64,000 bases of DNA from an uncultured Cytophagales bacterium (GCA_963761725.1 CAVXHP010000006.1:445534-509533); one strand, 5' to 3'; counted from the stretch's first letter, positions 10,323 to 21,312 are shown. Notes: generated by a model not told the origin, from the letters alone. Numbers and translations: made by a program.

Positions 10323-10532
10323 ATGAAAGACCAAGAAATATATTCAAAATTATTTTTACTCAATTCAGAAAATTTAAAACAAGAATTATTAAATTTTATG
10401 GATTATTTACTCACAAAACAATTTGCAGAAACTAAAACAAAGAAACTTCCTCAATTTGGTTGTGCAAAAGGAAAATTCAGAATGAGTGATGATTTTGATG
10501 AGCCTTTAGACCATTTTGATGAATATAAGTAA
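10323..10532 (+). CDS. small DUF2281-like antitoxin-type protein (orphan)
   Basis: 69 aa ending GKFRMSDDFDEPLDHFDEYK, the characteristic C-terminal motif of DUF2281 VapB-like antitoxins. No toxin gene is immediately downstream. Confidence 0.4.
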   Translation: MKDQEIYSKLFLLNSENLKQELLNFMDYLLTKQFAETKTKKLPQFGCAKGKFRMSDDFDEPLDHFDEYK

Positions 10533-10660
10533 GGGAGCAGAATTAAATATATCTAAAAACGTATTTGGCTTCGCTGCTTTATCAGGTTTTATTAGCTACA
10601 CTTTCAGTTCTCTGTGAACTCTGTGTTTGAAAAAACATAACATATATTTAATTCTGCCCT
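10532..10660. mobile_element. MITE-like element (~129 bp) with ~20-bp terminal inverted repeats AGGGAGCAGAATTAAATATAT / ATATATTTAATTCTGCCCT
   Basis: Near-perfect TIRs at 10532-10552 and 10642-10660. A solo copy of the same end sequence (ATATATTTAATTCTGCTC) is at ~24385-24402. Confidence 0.55.
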
Positions 10661-10853
10661 GTTACTTACAATCAAAATTACAAAACTAGGATAGAATTTA
10701 AGATACAATTAGAGGAAAATTTTGTCAAAATATTTGGACAAGAAGAAATAGAAAGATCTCTACAAGAGTTTACCAAAAAATTAATTCTAAAATCGGCAGT
10801 AAAAGATATTTTGGAAGATTTGAAAACTACTAATTTTCAAAATAACCTTCAAA

Positions 10854-11177
10854 ATGATAAAGAATACCAAACAGCTAGAAATCTTGCTTGGCAATAAGAA
10901 AAACATAAATATATCTTTTCAAAATAAACTTAATACAAAAATGAAAGTATCATTAGAAACAAACAGTTTTGAAGAATTAGAAAGAATAATTTCATTGTTT
11001 AAATCTATGCAATTAGAAAAAATAGAAGTAAATTATTCAAATACTACACCTACAAACAGCATTCAAAAGGGAGATAAAACACAAGACCCAAGAGCGTTAT
11101 TTGGAATTTGGAAAGAGAAACCTAGAAGTATTGAAGAAATAAGAAACCAAAACTGGAAACGTAACTGGGAAATATAA
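10854..11177 (+). CDS. putative VapB-type antitoxin (real start may be the ATG at 10941)
   Basis: Small ORF 11 bp upstream of the PIN toxin gene. Its C-terminus (ALFGIWKEKPRSIEEIRNQ) is antitoxin-like. Confidence 0.45.
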   Translation: MIKNTKQLEILLGNKKNINISFQNKLNTKMKVSLETNSFEELERIISLFKSMQLEKIEVNYSNTTPTNSIQKGDKTQDPRALFGIWKEKPRSIEEIRNQNWKRNWEI

Positions 11178-11187
11178 TTTTATACAA

Positions 11188-11562
11188 ATGATACTTTGCG
11201 ATACAAATATTTTTATTAGTGCGTTTAATGGAAGAGAAGATACAATTCAAAATCTTGAAGAAATTGGACTTGATAATATTATTATTTCCTCTATTACTTT
11301 GATGGAATTATATCAAGGAATGGGTAATAAAGAAGAATTAGCTAAAATGAAGAAGCGATTAAAATTTTATGATGTAATTCATATAGACAAAGAAATTTCA
11401 GAAAAATCAGTAGAATTGGTTAGTCTTTACAAATTAAGTAATCACTTACAAATTCCAGATGCTATAATTGCAGCCACTTCGTTAGTAAAAAATATTCCTC
11501 TTTATACCTATAACCGAAAAGATTTTGAATACATAGAATCTATCAATTTATATTCTTTTTAG
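11188..11562 (+). CDS. vapC: PIN-domain toxin VapC
   Basis: 124 aa, N-terminal ILCDTNIFI (conserved Asp), a mid-protein acidic residue in LMELY and a C-terminal PDAIIAATS motif, as in type II TA PIN toxins. Confidence 0.8.
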   Translation: MILCDTNIFISAFNGREDTIQNLEEIGLDNIIISSITLMELYQGMGNKEELAKMKKRLKFYDVIHIDKEISEKSVELVSLYKLSNHLQIPDAIIAATSLVKNIPLYTYNRKDFEYIESINLYSF

Positions 11563-11664
11563 AACTAAAATTAAGAAAATCCATTTTTTTTATTCATTAA
11601 AATTGAGTTTTTTTGTAAGTTGTATAAAATTTTATAAAAACTTCTTTTCAGTCTCAATCTTGAT

Positions 11665-14369
11665 ATGAATAAATCAGTACACAAATCGCTATATTTCTCT
11701 TCTCTTTGGTCTTCTTTTCTGCCTACATTTTTTGCAGTATTTTTCCTCGTTTCTATTTCGCTTTTTGTGTCTAGTTGTAAGCCTACGCAATCTAAAACCA
11801 ACAATTCTACCACAAAAGACTCAACAAATACAGCAAATGAATTTCTTGTTCCGATAGAGGAATCTGAAAATCAGTTTAAAAAGGAACTCCAGAACCGATT
11901 TGGAAACCAAAAAAAGGAAATTACCACGCCTCCAAAACAAAAGAATTTGATCTAATCCACACAAAACTAAATCTGAAACCAGACTGGGAGAATCAATGGG
12001 TTTATTCAACTGCAACTTTGACTGTTCGTCCTTATTTTTATGAGCAAAACAAAATTGATTTAGATGCAAAAGGATTGGCCATCGAATCTATAAAATTATT
12101 GGCAGGAAGTTCGAAAAACAATACTACAAAGCCTTTGCGTTGGGATTATGATGGAAAGCTGCTTACTGTTCGTTTGGATAGAAAATATACAAAAGACGAG
12201 AAAATAACGGTAGAGATAAATTATATAGCCAAACCAAATGAGGCAATTTGGACAAATAGTGTTCTTGCAGATATTGAAGAGGAAGGTTTTTTCTTTATCA
12301 ATCCAGAAGGCAAAACAAAAGGAAAACCAAAACAGATTTGGACACAAGGAGAAACTTCAAATAATTCGATGTGGTTTCCTACTTTTGAAGGTTCAAATTT
12401 TAGAGGAACGCAAGAAGTTTTTATTACAGTTGCCGATACTTTTCAAACGCTTTCAAATGGACGACTAGTTTCTTCTCAAAAAAATCAAGACGGAACTCGT
12501 ACCGATTATTGGAAAATGGAAAAGCCTCATGCGCCTTATCTTACAATGGTTGCCGTTGGAGAATTTGCCGTTATTGAGGACAAATGGAAAGATATTCCTT
12601 TGTATTATTACACCGAAAAATGGCACGCACCGTATGCAAAAGATGTTTTTGGTAAAACGCCTGAAATGATTGAATTTTATTCTACTTATCTAGATTATCC
12701 TTATCCTTGGGAAAAATACGCTCAAATTATTGTTCGTGATTACACTTCTGGGGCAATGGAAAATACAGGTGCTTCTGTTTTTATGGAAGGACTTATGGTA
12801 GATAAACGTTCGCTTGAAGACCACAACTGGGAAGGAATTATTTCACACGAACTTTTTCATCAATGGTTTGGAGATCTTATGACTGCCGAATCTTGGGCAA
12901 ACTTGGCTTTAAATGAATCGTTTGCAGATTATGGAGAATATCTTTGGTTAGAACATAGCAAAGGAAAAAAAGAAGCAGACCAAAATATTTCGAACGAAAA
13001 GACAAGTTATTTTAGAGAATCACAAGCCAAGCGAGAGCCGATTATTCGTTATTTTTATACTAGCGAAAACGATATGTTTGATTCTCATTCGTATGCAAAG
13101 GGAGCAGTAGTTTTGAATATGTTGCGTTATCATATTGGCGATGAAGCCTTCAAAATTACACTTCAAAAATATGTAAAAGCAAATGCGTTTAAGTCAGTTG
13201 AGATTGATAATTTGAGATTAATCGCTGAAGAAGTTACAGGAAAAGATTTGAAATGGTTTTTCAATCAATGGTTTTTAGAAGCTGGTCATCCAGAACTAAA
13301 TATTATGCAAGATTACCAAAATGGAAATCTAAAAATGACCATTACTCAAACACAAGATTTGCGTTATTCGCCTACCTATCGCTTGCCTTTAGAGATTGAT
13401 GTTTGGGAAAATGGAAAAGTAACGAAACACAAAGTTACGTTAGATAAAACCGAACAAATTTTTGATTTCAAGACAGAAAGCAAAACTGTAAAACCAGAAT
13501 TAGTTGTCTTTGACCCTTCTGGTTATCTTTTGGCTATGAAAAATCAAGATGACAAAACTTCTCAAGAATGGCGTTTACAAGCAAAATATTACGAAAATTA
13601 CATTACAAAAATGTCTGCTTTGTATAATTTGGCTGGTTCGGTAGAAAATGATACTACTTTTAATTTGTTAATGGAAGTAGCAAAAAATGATGATTTTGCA
13701 GCGTACAGAACGCAGGCTATTCGTTCTTTGGGAGAATATAATGTTGAAAATCTTAAAGAAATTGAAGATAAAGAAGGCGAAAATATAGAACAAAACATCA
13801 CAAAAATTGTATCTTTACTTAAAGAAATGGCTATTGATGATAAAGATAATTTAACTCGTGCTTCGGCTATTGATATTGTTTCGCAGTATGGAGAATTTCC
13901 AGAACTTTGGGAACAAACATTGAAAGATTCTTCTTATTTTGTGATGAGTAATACAGTTTATTCTCTTATTAATGTTTACGGTGCAGAGGCATTAGATAAA
14001 ATCGAACCGTTAGAAAATATTGAAGAAAGGCATTTAGTTTATGCGATTGCTGAATGTTATTCTGTTTATGGAATTGAAAATAAATACGATTGGTTTGAGA
14101 AAAATTTAAATAGAATTTCAGGTTCAGAAATGAGTTATTTCCTAAATCATTTTACGCAGTATCTTATCAATCAACCTAAAGAAATTCAGAAAAAAGGAAT
14201 CGCTTATTTAGTTTATCAAGCCGAAACAAACTCTAACATTCAAACTCGTAAAGATGCGTATCAATCACTAACCGTTTTGAAAAATGCGTTTGAAGAAGAA
14301 GTAAAACTTGAATTAGAAATTGAACAAAAAATGGAAGTATCAGAAATCAAGAAAAAGATCGACGAGTAA
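11665..14369 (+). CDS. pepN: M1-family aminopeptidase N, lipoprotein-type N-terminus; apparent +1/-1 frameshift in an A7 run at ~11908-11918
   Basis: GAMEN motif (SGAMENTGA), HELFHQWFGD zinc motif with the downstream NESFA(DY) Glu, and C-terminal ARM/HEAT repeats. The 96-aa ORF 11665..11955 (signal peptide plus VSSC lipobox) continues in another frame into 12018..14369 (EFDLIHTKLNL...). Confidence 0.85.
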
Positions 14370-14397
14370 CCGAATTTCAACAAGCATTAGGCTTTTA

Positions 14398-14437
14398 GCA
14401 GTTACCAGTAAGTAGTAATCAGTTACCAGTTAATTTC
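14398..14437. repeat. CAGTTACCAGTAAGTAGTAATCAGTTACCAGTTAATTTC intergenic repeat (family copies also at 15021-15066, 15087-15113, 15558-15590 inverted, 29239-29337 variant)
   Basis: Multiple copies of CAGTTA(C/T)CAGTAA...ATCAGTTAATTTC in 3' flanks and intergenic spacers, seen directly in the sequence. Confidence 0.6.
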
Positions 14438-14527
14438 AAATTCAAAACGTACTTGTATTTCCTGCTATTTATCATATAAATCACTCGCTAATCAGTTACA
14501 GTATTTTCATCAATCATTCAAAAAAAT

Positions 14528-15037
14528 ATGAAATTTACAATTTATATTCTCTTATTATCTTTCTGTTTTGCTTGTAATTCTCATCAACAAAAAAATCAGA
14601 TACAAGTACAGATGTTTCTTTTACTAATCCAGAAGTAGATGTAAACGAAAACAAGGAAGAGATTCAAGAGAAAAACGAAGAAATCAAAAATGAATCTATT
14701 GATATCGGAACGGACGATATTCTATTCAAAAGTTTTGGAACAGAACCTTTTTGGAGTGTAGAAGTACGTAAAAGTGGTATTTTATTTTCTAATTTTGGAA
14801 AGATTCTACCTTATTCACTTATTTAGAACCTGTTGAAGCTGTTAGCCGTCCTGTAGAGTATTTTAAGACTTACTTTTTAGAAGATAAAAATGGGAAAGTT
14901 GCACAATTAGCAGCAAAAAAAGGAGAAAATTGTCCTTGTTCTGATGGAATGTCAGATAATGACTACGAATATCACGTTTCATTTTTGTATAATAAACAAA
15001 TGTGGGAAGGATGTGGACATGCAGTTACCAGTAAATA
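14528..15037 (+). pseudogene. fragmented lipoprotein gene (signal peptide + Cys lipobox; at least 2 frame breaks)
   Basis: MKFTIYILLLSFCFAC lipoprotein start. The reading frame breaks in an A7 run (~14585) and again near 14825. The downstream frame encodes ...KGENCPCSDGMSDNDYEYHVSFLYNKQMWEGCGHAVTSK. Confidence 0.35.
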
Positions 15038-15226
15038 GTACAGTACTACCATAATCAGTTAATTTCAAATGCAATTTCAAAACATTATTAGTAAGTAGTA
15101 ATCAATTAATTTTACTCTAATGCATTATATGAAACAAATTCAAGATACACTTAAAATCATAGGAACTGTTTCGCTATTGCATTTGCAACTCTACTCTTAT
15201 TACCTTGATTAGTTTTTCTACTTGAA

Positions 15227-15550
15227 ATGCTAATAGATTTCGAAAGTAAAAATATTTCTTTAATATTATGTTTCCTTGGTGGAATAGCTGGATATTTTGG
15301 ATTGATCATGTTATTTATAAAAATAACTCTAAAATTTAAAGTTCTAAATATCATTTTATTGGTTTGTGGAGTAAGTTCATTCATAGGATTTACATCAATT
15401 ACAGGAGGAGAAAAAGCTTGGAAATGGGTTTTTGCTTTTGAAGAGCCAGATGAATGGCTTTTCATAGTTTATCCATCTTTCATTTCAATAATTTTTATAT
15501 GTTCCTTGCTTATACAAACATTTTATCTAAAGTTTAAAACCATTAAATAA
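15227..15550 (+). CDS. hypothetical small membrane protein
   Basis: 107 aa, three predicted hydrophobic helices. The opposite-strand ORF 15157..15465 is low-complexity and probably spurious. Confidence 0.35.
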   Translation: MLIDFESKNISLILCFLGGIAGYFGLIMLFIKITLKFKVLNIILLVCGVSSFIGFTSITGGEKAWKWVFAFEEPDEWLFIVYPSFISIIFICSLLIQTFYLKFKTIK

Positions 15551-15598
15551 ATTATTAAACTGGTAACTGATAACTATTTACTGGTAACTGAAAAAATT

Positions 15599-15970
15599 AT
15601 GGCAAAAATTCAGAATACATTCAAACATGTAGAGGAAGAAAAAGAAATCAAAACTCCTACAAAAAGAGGCTTTTGGAGAAACCTAGCAGAATGGGATTTT
15701 ACAATTGACCAAGATTTTTTGTTTCGAATAATGCCCTATGTTTTGTACGTCTCTTTTTTTGGAATTATCTATATTGCAAATCGCCATTATACCGAAAGAG
15801 TAGTAAGAGAAGTTACGCAGCTTCGCCAAGAAGTAGAAGAATATCAAATCGATTATCACGCACTTCAAACTCGCTATGTCTATGATAGCAGAAGACAAGT
15901 AGTAGCCAAAAAGGCTGAAAAATTAGGTCTAAAAGAAAGAGAAAAACCCTTAGTAAGAATTAATGAGTAA
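15599..15970 (+). CDS. FtsL-like cell-division protein (Bacteroidota type)
   Basis: 123 aa with a single TM helix followed by a coiled-coil (REVTQLRQEVEEYQ), sitting immediately upstream of the ftsI transpeptidase as in dcw clusters. Confidence 0.55.
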   Translation: MAKIQNTFKHVEEEKEIKTPTKRGFWRNLAEWDFTIDQDFLFRIMPYVLYVSFFGIIYIANRHYTERVVREVTQLRQEVEEYQIDYHALQTRYVYDSRRQVVAKKAEKLGLKEREKPLVRINE

Positions 15971-16100
15971 ATCAATTACGAATTACGAATTGTCAATTAC
16001 GACTATGAAGTTTCAATATGTATAATAGTTTATCGTAATTCTCAATTTTTAAATTTGTAATTAATAATTCGTAATTCGTAATTAATAATTCGTAATTGAT
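15971..16100. repeat. long imperfect inverted repeat built from AATTACGAATT / AATTCGTAATT heptamer-like units between the ftsL-like gene and ftsI
   Basis: Left arm TCAATTACGAATTACGAATTGTCAATTACGA, right arm TCGTAATTAATAATTCGTAATTCGTAATTAATAATTCGTAATTGA. The same CGTAATT units occur at 29310-29337 and 62670-62698. Confidence 0.6.
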
Positions 16101-16103
16101 TTT

Positions 16104-18229
16104 ATGGCAAAAACAGGAATAAGAAAATATATACTCGCTCGTGTCCGAATTGCTTTCTTGGTGGTCTCGTTAGCTGCTTTAGTGATTGTTTATAAAATGA
16201 TGAGCATTCAAATAGTGGAAGGCGAAAAATGGAGCAGCAAAGCGAGAGGTGTAGAAATGCGTGATGTACAACCCACTAGAGGTAGTATTTTGGCAGATGA
16301 TGGTAGTCTTTTGGCTACTTCTTTGCCTTTTTATCGTGTCGCTATTGACCCAACCGTTGCAGATAGTAGCGTTTTTAATAGTGGAATCAATTCTTTAGGA
16401 ATTCTTCTATCCAATTTCTACAAAGAGCATGAACCAACTTATTATGTAAATCTTTTGCGAGAATATCGAAAAGATAAAAAGAAATATTACGTAATTAGTA
16501 AAGAACTCATAGACCACGAGAATTATAAAAAATTATCCCAATTCCCTATTTTTAGAGAAGGTAGAAACAAAGGGGGCGTAATTTACGAACAAACAGACAG
16601 ACGTTTTTTACCTTTTGGAGAACTTGCAAGGCGTACAATCGGTTTTGTAAACGACGAAGATACTACTCAATCATTAAATGGTAGAGGATTAGAATATAGT
16701 TTTAATGCTGAACTTCAAGGAATAGCTGGCGAGGCATTATACGAACTTATTGCAGGTGGTTTTTGGAAACCTGTCGATGATATGTCACAGGTTAGACCCA
16801 AACCAGGTACTGATATTCAGACTACGATTGATATAAATCTACAAGATACAGTTCATCAAATTCTACAAAATGCACTTCGCCAGTACAAAGCTGATTATGG
16901 TTCGATTATCTTGATGGAAGTAGCAACAGGAGAAATAAAAGCTCTTGTGAATTTGGGAATAAATTCGAATGGTTTGTATGTAGAAAATAATAATTATGCT
17001 GTCGGAGATATGGGACTTGCCGAACCAGGGTCAACATTTAAGCTCATGTCTATGGCTGCACTTTTTGAAGATGAAGAAATTCCTATTTCACTGACAGATA
17101 GTGTCCAAACAGGTGATGGCGTTCATAAATATTATGATGATGCAATTATGCGTGATGTTTCTGCCTTAGGAAAATTGAGCGTACAAGAAGTTTTTGAAAA
17201 GTCTTCCAATGTTGGGATGTCGCTCTTAATTTGGAAATATTTCCGTAAAAACCCTGAAAAGTATGTAGAATATCTCAAAAAATTTGGTCTTTCTCGTCCC
17301 TTAGGCTTTCAAATGGCTGGAGAAGCACAACCATATATAAAAAACCCTTCTGATTCTTCATGGAGTGGAAGTACGCTTCCGTGGATGTCTATTGGTTACG
17401 AACTCAAATTATCTCCTCTTCAAACGCTTTCTTTCTACAATACGATTGCAAATAATGGAGTAATGGTTGAGCCAATCATTGTAAGCCAAACAAGGCAGGC
17501 AGGAAAAGTGCTTACAAACTTTGAAGCTAAAGTTTTAAATAATCAAACCATTTCTGAAAAAACAGTCAAGATTCTACAGACTATGTTACGTGGAGCTGTA
17601 GAAAATGGAACAGCTCAGAAAATTAATACGAAAACTTATCAAATTGCAGGAAAAACAGGAACTGCCGAAAAGGTAAGAAATGGAGAATATACCGAAGACC
17701 ATTACACTTCTTTTGCTGGTTATTTTCCTGCTGACAATCCAAAATATTCGTGTATTGTAGTCATTGATGACCCAAAAACAGACAAACGTTACGCTTCGGA
17801 AGTTGCTGCTCCAGTTTTTCGTAAGGTTTCAGATGTAGTTTATCAGCGTTATTTACACAAACCACTTTCAGAAGTTGAGCCGACGGCAATGGATAGTTTG
17901 CATATGCGTTTGCCTTTTATTCGTGCTGGTTATCGTCCAGATTTGGATTTGGTGTGTTCTCAATTAGGAATCAAAACTCAAAATCAAAGTGTACAAGAAT
18001 GGGTAAAAACGAAGGTTGCGACCGATACAGTAATGTGGATAGATAATCAAGCTGCTGCCAGTCTTGTTCCTGATGTGCGTGGAATGCGTTTCGTGATGCT
18101 TTGTATTTGTTGGAAAATTTGGGAATGAAAGTAGCTTTTGAGGGAAAAGGAAGAATAATTTCACAATCTTTAAATCCTGGTGGAGCAATTCAGAAAGGAA
18201 AAACTATTTATTTGAAGTTGAAGGAGTGA
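16104..18229 (+). CDS. ftsI: peptidoglycan D,D-transpeptidase FtsI (class B PBP); apparent 1-bp frameshift in a T-run at ~18087-18092 near the C-terminus
   Basis: TM anchor, PBP dimerisation domain, STFK (SxxK), SSN (SxN) and KTGT (KTG) motifs. The annotated ORF ends at 18128, but the C-terminal domain (RDALYLLENLGMKVAFEGKGRIISQSLNPG...) continues in the +1 frame to the TGA at 18227-18229. Confidence 0.85.
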
Positions 18230-18322
18230 GTGGTTTGGGGTTTGGGAAATAGGAGATTAGGGAATGAATATTAGGTTAATGAATAATTTAAATTTTCTTA
18301 GAATTTAGCTTGAAAATTCGAA

Positions 18323-18607
18323 ATGATTATAGATAGAAAAATAGATTATCAAATTTCAAAAAAACACAATTATATGGAAGCATTTAGATTTATTACCAAG
18401 ATTTCAAAAGACGGTATTATACAACTTCCAAAAGATTCAACTTTCTTAGGTCAAGAGGTAGAATTAATCGTTCTTCCGAAATCTAAAGTAGAAGATAAAA
18501 AAATAAAATCACTCCTTTAGAATTTGTAGAGAAATGGACAGGAATTTTAAAAGATATAGATGTAGAAAATTCGAAATATAATTATCTTATGAATAAGTAT
18601 CAGTAAC
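18323..18607 (+). CDS. small AbrB/SpoVT-like antitoxin-type protein, apparently split by a frameshift in an A7 run (~18492-18500)
   Basis: GIIQLPKD...GQEVELIVLP resembles swapped-hairpin antitoxin folds. A shifted frame continues with EFVEKWTGILKDIDVENSKYNYLMNKYQ. Confidence 0.3.
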
Positions 18608-18612
18608 GGAAA

Positions 18613-19925
18613 TATGAATAATTTCAAGCAAAAAAATCAAAAAATCAGTACAAAAATTTATTTCAATTTCTACTAACTATTTTTTCATTTTCTTGTCAAG
18701 AAAAAAAGCCACAAACTGTCGAGCATTGGCTTTCCAAAATAGAAGATAAAGATGTTAAAGAGAGAGCAGTAGATGTATTAGAAAAAACATACAACTCTAC
18801 AGCTTTTACAGTTACAGAAAAGGATAGTTTATCACAAATTCATGTAGAGTTGGCAAATTGTAAGTTAATTGATTCTATCAATTATATAAGAGGATTATTT
18901 TAGCATTACATGATTTAATTAGAGTAGATAATAATCCAAAATTCAAAACTGTAGCTTATTTATCACGCAATTATCAAAAGGATTCAGCAGTAGGTAAGCT
19001 GCCGTAAGAATGATTATTAATACTTCAAAAATAGATTTGGGTAGATAGTTTTCCTGCTCATTACAAAGACATTTCAAAGAATAATTTTAAAAGTGAAATA
19101 GAACCCTCTGAAAAACTTGGAAAAATTGAAACTAAATTACTTTCTTACTTAGATGTTTTTCCTGTTATGGTTGATGATGAGCGTGCTGATTCTATCGGAA
19201 TGATAAGTGAGTTATTAGAACAAGCCTTGACAGAACCTGATGGTTTTGCATACGGTTTACCTCGTTATGTAGAACAGGAAGGTATTATTATTTCTGATGA
19301 TGGAAGATTTCGTGTCTATGATTTTAGTTATAATCAAGGTTGGAGCAATAGGTCTGCAATAGCCTATGGCGTTTATCGTTCTTCTGATTCTGTCATTATA
19401 ACAAAAGATATAGCAACATTCCAACTTGGAAATGAATACGAAAATGAAAAAGGGGAGGTAGAGATAAGCGAAGAGAATTTTTGGGCTTTACCAATTACAG
19501 TTTTTCAAGTTGAAAGAGAGGGGAATCCTTTATATGTTGTAATATACGATTACATTGGAGGAGGAATGGATAATTCTGTAGTTGTACAAGGTTTTGAAAT
19601 AAACGAAGGAAAAACAATACGTTGTAAAGATTGTATTGCAGGAAAATCTTCGCAAAGTTTTGATAAATATTATAGAGTTTGTTGGATATTACCTGCTTAC
19701 GACAAACAGAAACAAGAGCTTAGTTTCAATACACGACCTTTTTATGTTAATCGCCATCCTTACTTTGATTTGCCTAACGGAAAATTAAAGCCAATTTCGT
19801 CAGAAGAAGAAAGAGAACTAAATAAAACTAGAAAAGGAGGAGGGAAATTTATGGAACGAACGACTTTAAAATGGAACGGCACACAATTCGAAATTATTCC
19901 TTTTGATATTCGTTATTGTAAATAA
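18613..19925 (+). pseudogene. fragmented hypothetical lipoprotein (intact C-terminal 252-aa ORF at 19167..19925)
   Basis: MNNFKQKNQKISTKIYFNF...FSFSCQEKK lipoprotein-like start at 18613, several frame breaks, then a long intact C-terminal ORF. Function is unknown. Confidence 0.4.
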
Positions 19926-20043
19926 TGGATAGTTTAATTACAATCAATTCTCAAAATTATAATTCCTTATCCTCCAACATTTTCCAAAAAACTAAGTTAT
20001 TCGAAGATAATACAAATCCATTTTTTAAACTTTATTTTTTTTT

Positions 20044-21222
20044 ATGGCGACTGCTTCAAATTCATCTCAAAACTCTATACAGAATCAAGAACAAATTCCT
20101 ATTATCGTAATAGGAAATCACGTTTATCCAAAAAATCCTCCTCATTTGTATTCTTCTTCTGACTCTGAAAAAGGATATACACGCAAAAAGAAAGGAAAGA
20201 AGTTTGTTTTTTTGAGTACAAAAGGAAAACCAATAAAAGGAAAGAAAAAATTAGAACGATTAGAAAAATTAGTCATTCCTCCAGCATGGACAGACGTTTG
20301 GATTTGTAGAAATAAAAATGGACACTTGCAAGCCGTTGGAAGAGATGAGCGAAACCGAAAACAAGCCATTTATCATCCAGATTGGAATGAATACAGAAAC
20401 AAAACAAAATTTTTGAAACTTCAAGAGTTTGGTTATGCGCTTCCTTATCTTCGAAAATCATTAAAAAAAGACCTTCGAAAACGAGATTGGAACAAAGATA
20501 AAGTTGTCGCACTTGCCATCGAACTTATGCAGGAAGGACTTTTGAGAATTGGTAGCGACCGTTATCTCAACTCAAACAAAACCTACGGACTTACAACACT
20601 TCGTCGAAAACATATAAAAATAGACGAAGAAACTAAAAACAAAATTTCACTTTGTTACAAAGCAAAAAGTAACAAACAGAGAACGGTAAGTTTGTCAAAT
20701 AAATCACTTATCAAAAAACTCAAAGAATGTGCAGCACTTTCTGGACAAGAACTTTTTAGATATAAAGGCGAGGATAACAAATGGTATCGCATCAATTCGC
20801 ACGAAGTAAATGAATATTTAGAGCAGAAAATGGAACATCATTTTACTGCCAAAACGTTCAGAACGTGGGGTGGAAGTATGCTCACTTTAGAACTTTTCGA
20901 AGATGCAAAGAAAGAACTAGAAGAGAATCCACGTAAAAAATTAGAAACTGTTTTAGTACGTAATGTAGCTGCTAAATTGGGAAATACCGTTTCAATTTGT
21001 AGAAATTATTATATTCATCCAGAAGTTTTGAGTGAAGTTTTATCAAAAACAACAGAAGAAATAGAAGCACAAACAGAAAAATTTTTGAAAGAAAAGGCAA
21101 AGGAAAAAACAGAATTAGCAAAAAACTTTTCGGATAATTTGGATAATTATTCAAAATATGAACTGCAACTTTTGGCTATTTTGGAAAAAGCAGCACAGAA
21201 AACACACGAGGAATTACTGTAA
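20044..21222 (+). CDS. DNA topoisomerase IB (poxvirus/bacterial type)
   Basis: IPPAWTDVWIC..GHLQAVGRDERNRKQAIYHPDW core motifs, catalytic-domain Arg/Lys residues, TAKTFRTWGGS and the active-site Tyr in SICRNYYIHPEV. Confidence 0.8.
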   Translation: MATASNSSQNSIQNQEQIPIIVIGNHVYPKNPPHLYSSSDSEKGYTRKKKGKKFVFLSTKGKPIKGKKKLERLEKLVIPPAWTDVWICRNKNGHLQAVGRDERNRKQAIYHPDWNEYRNKTKFLKLQEFGYALPYLRKSLKKDLRKRDWNKDKVVALAIELMQEGLLRIGSDRYLNSNKTYGLTTLRRKHIKIDEETKNKISLCYKAKSNKQRTVSLSNKSLIKKLKECAALSGQELFRYKGEDNKWYRINSHEVNEYLEQKMEHHFTAKTFRTWGGSMLTLELFEDAKKELEENPRKKLETVLVRNVAAKLGNTVSICRNYYIHPEVLSEVLSKTTEEIEAQTEKFLKEKAKEKTELAKNFSDNLDNYSKYELQLLAILEKAAQKTHEELL

Positions 21223-21234
21223 ACTTCATTTTTT

Positions 21235-21312
21235 CCATAACGTTGGGTTTGCAAACCCAACGTTATGGAAAAAATGCCGTTGTTGGTGTTTTAGCGAAGC
21301 GACACCAACAAC
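21235..21312. repeat. two REP-like palindromes: CCATAACGTTGGGTTTGCAAACCCAACGTTATGG (perfect 34-bp palindrome) and GCCGTTGTTGGTGTTTTAGCGAAGCGACACCAACAAC
   Basis: Seen directly. The second unit belongs to the same TTGTTGGTGT...ACACCAACAA family as 5174-5203 and 53739-53778. Confidence 0.7.

Noticed and set aside
19925-20110. ORF 19925..20110 (+) upstream of TopIB
   Set aside because: Low-complexity AT-rich spacer translation that overlaps the TopIB start, so it is unlikely to be coding.
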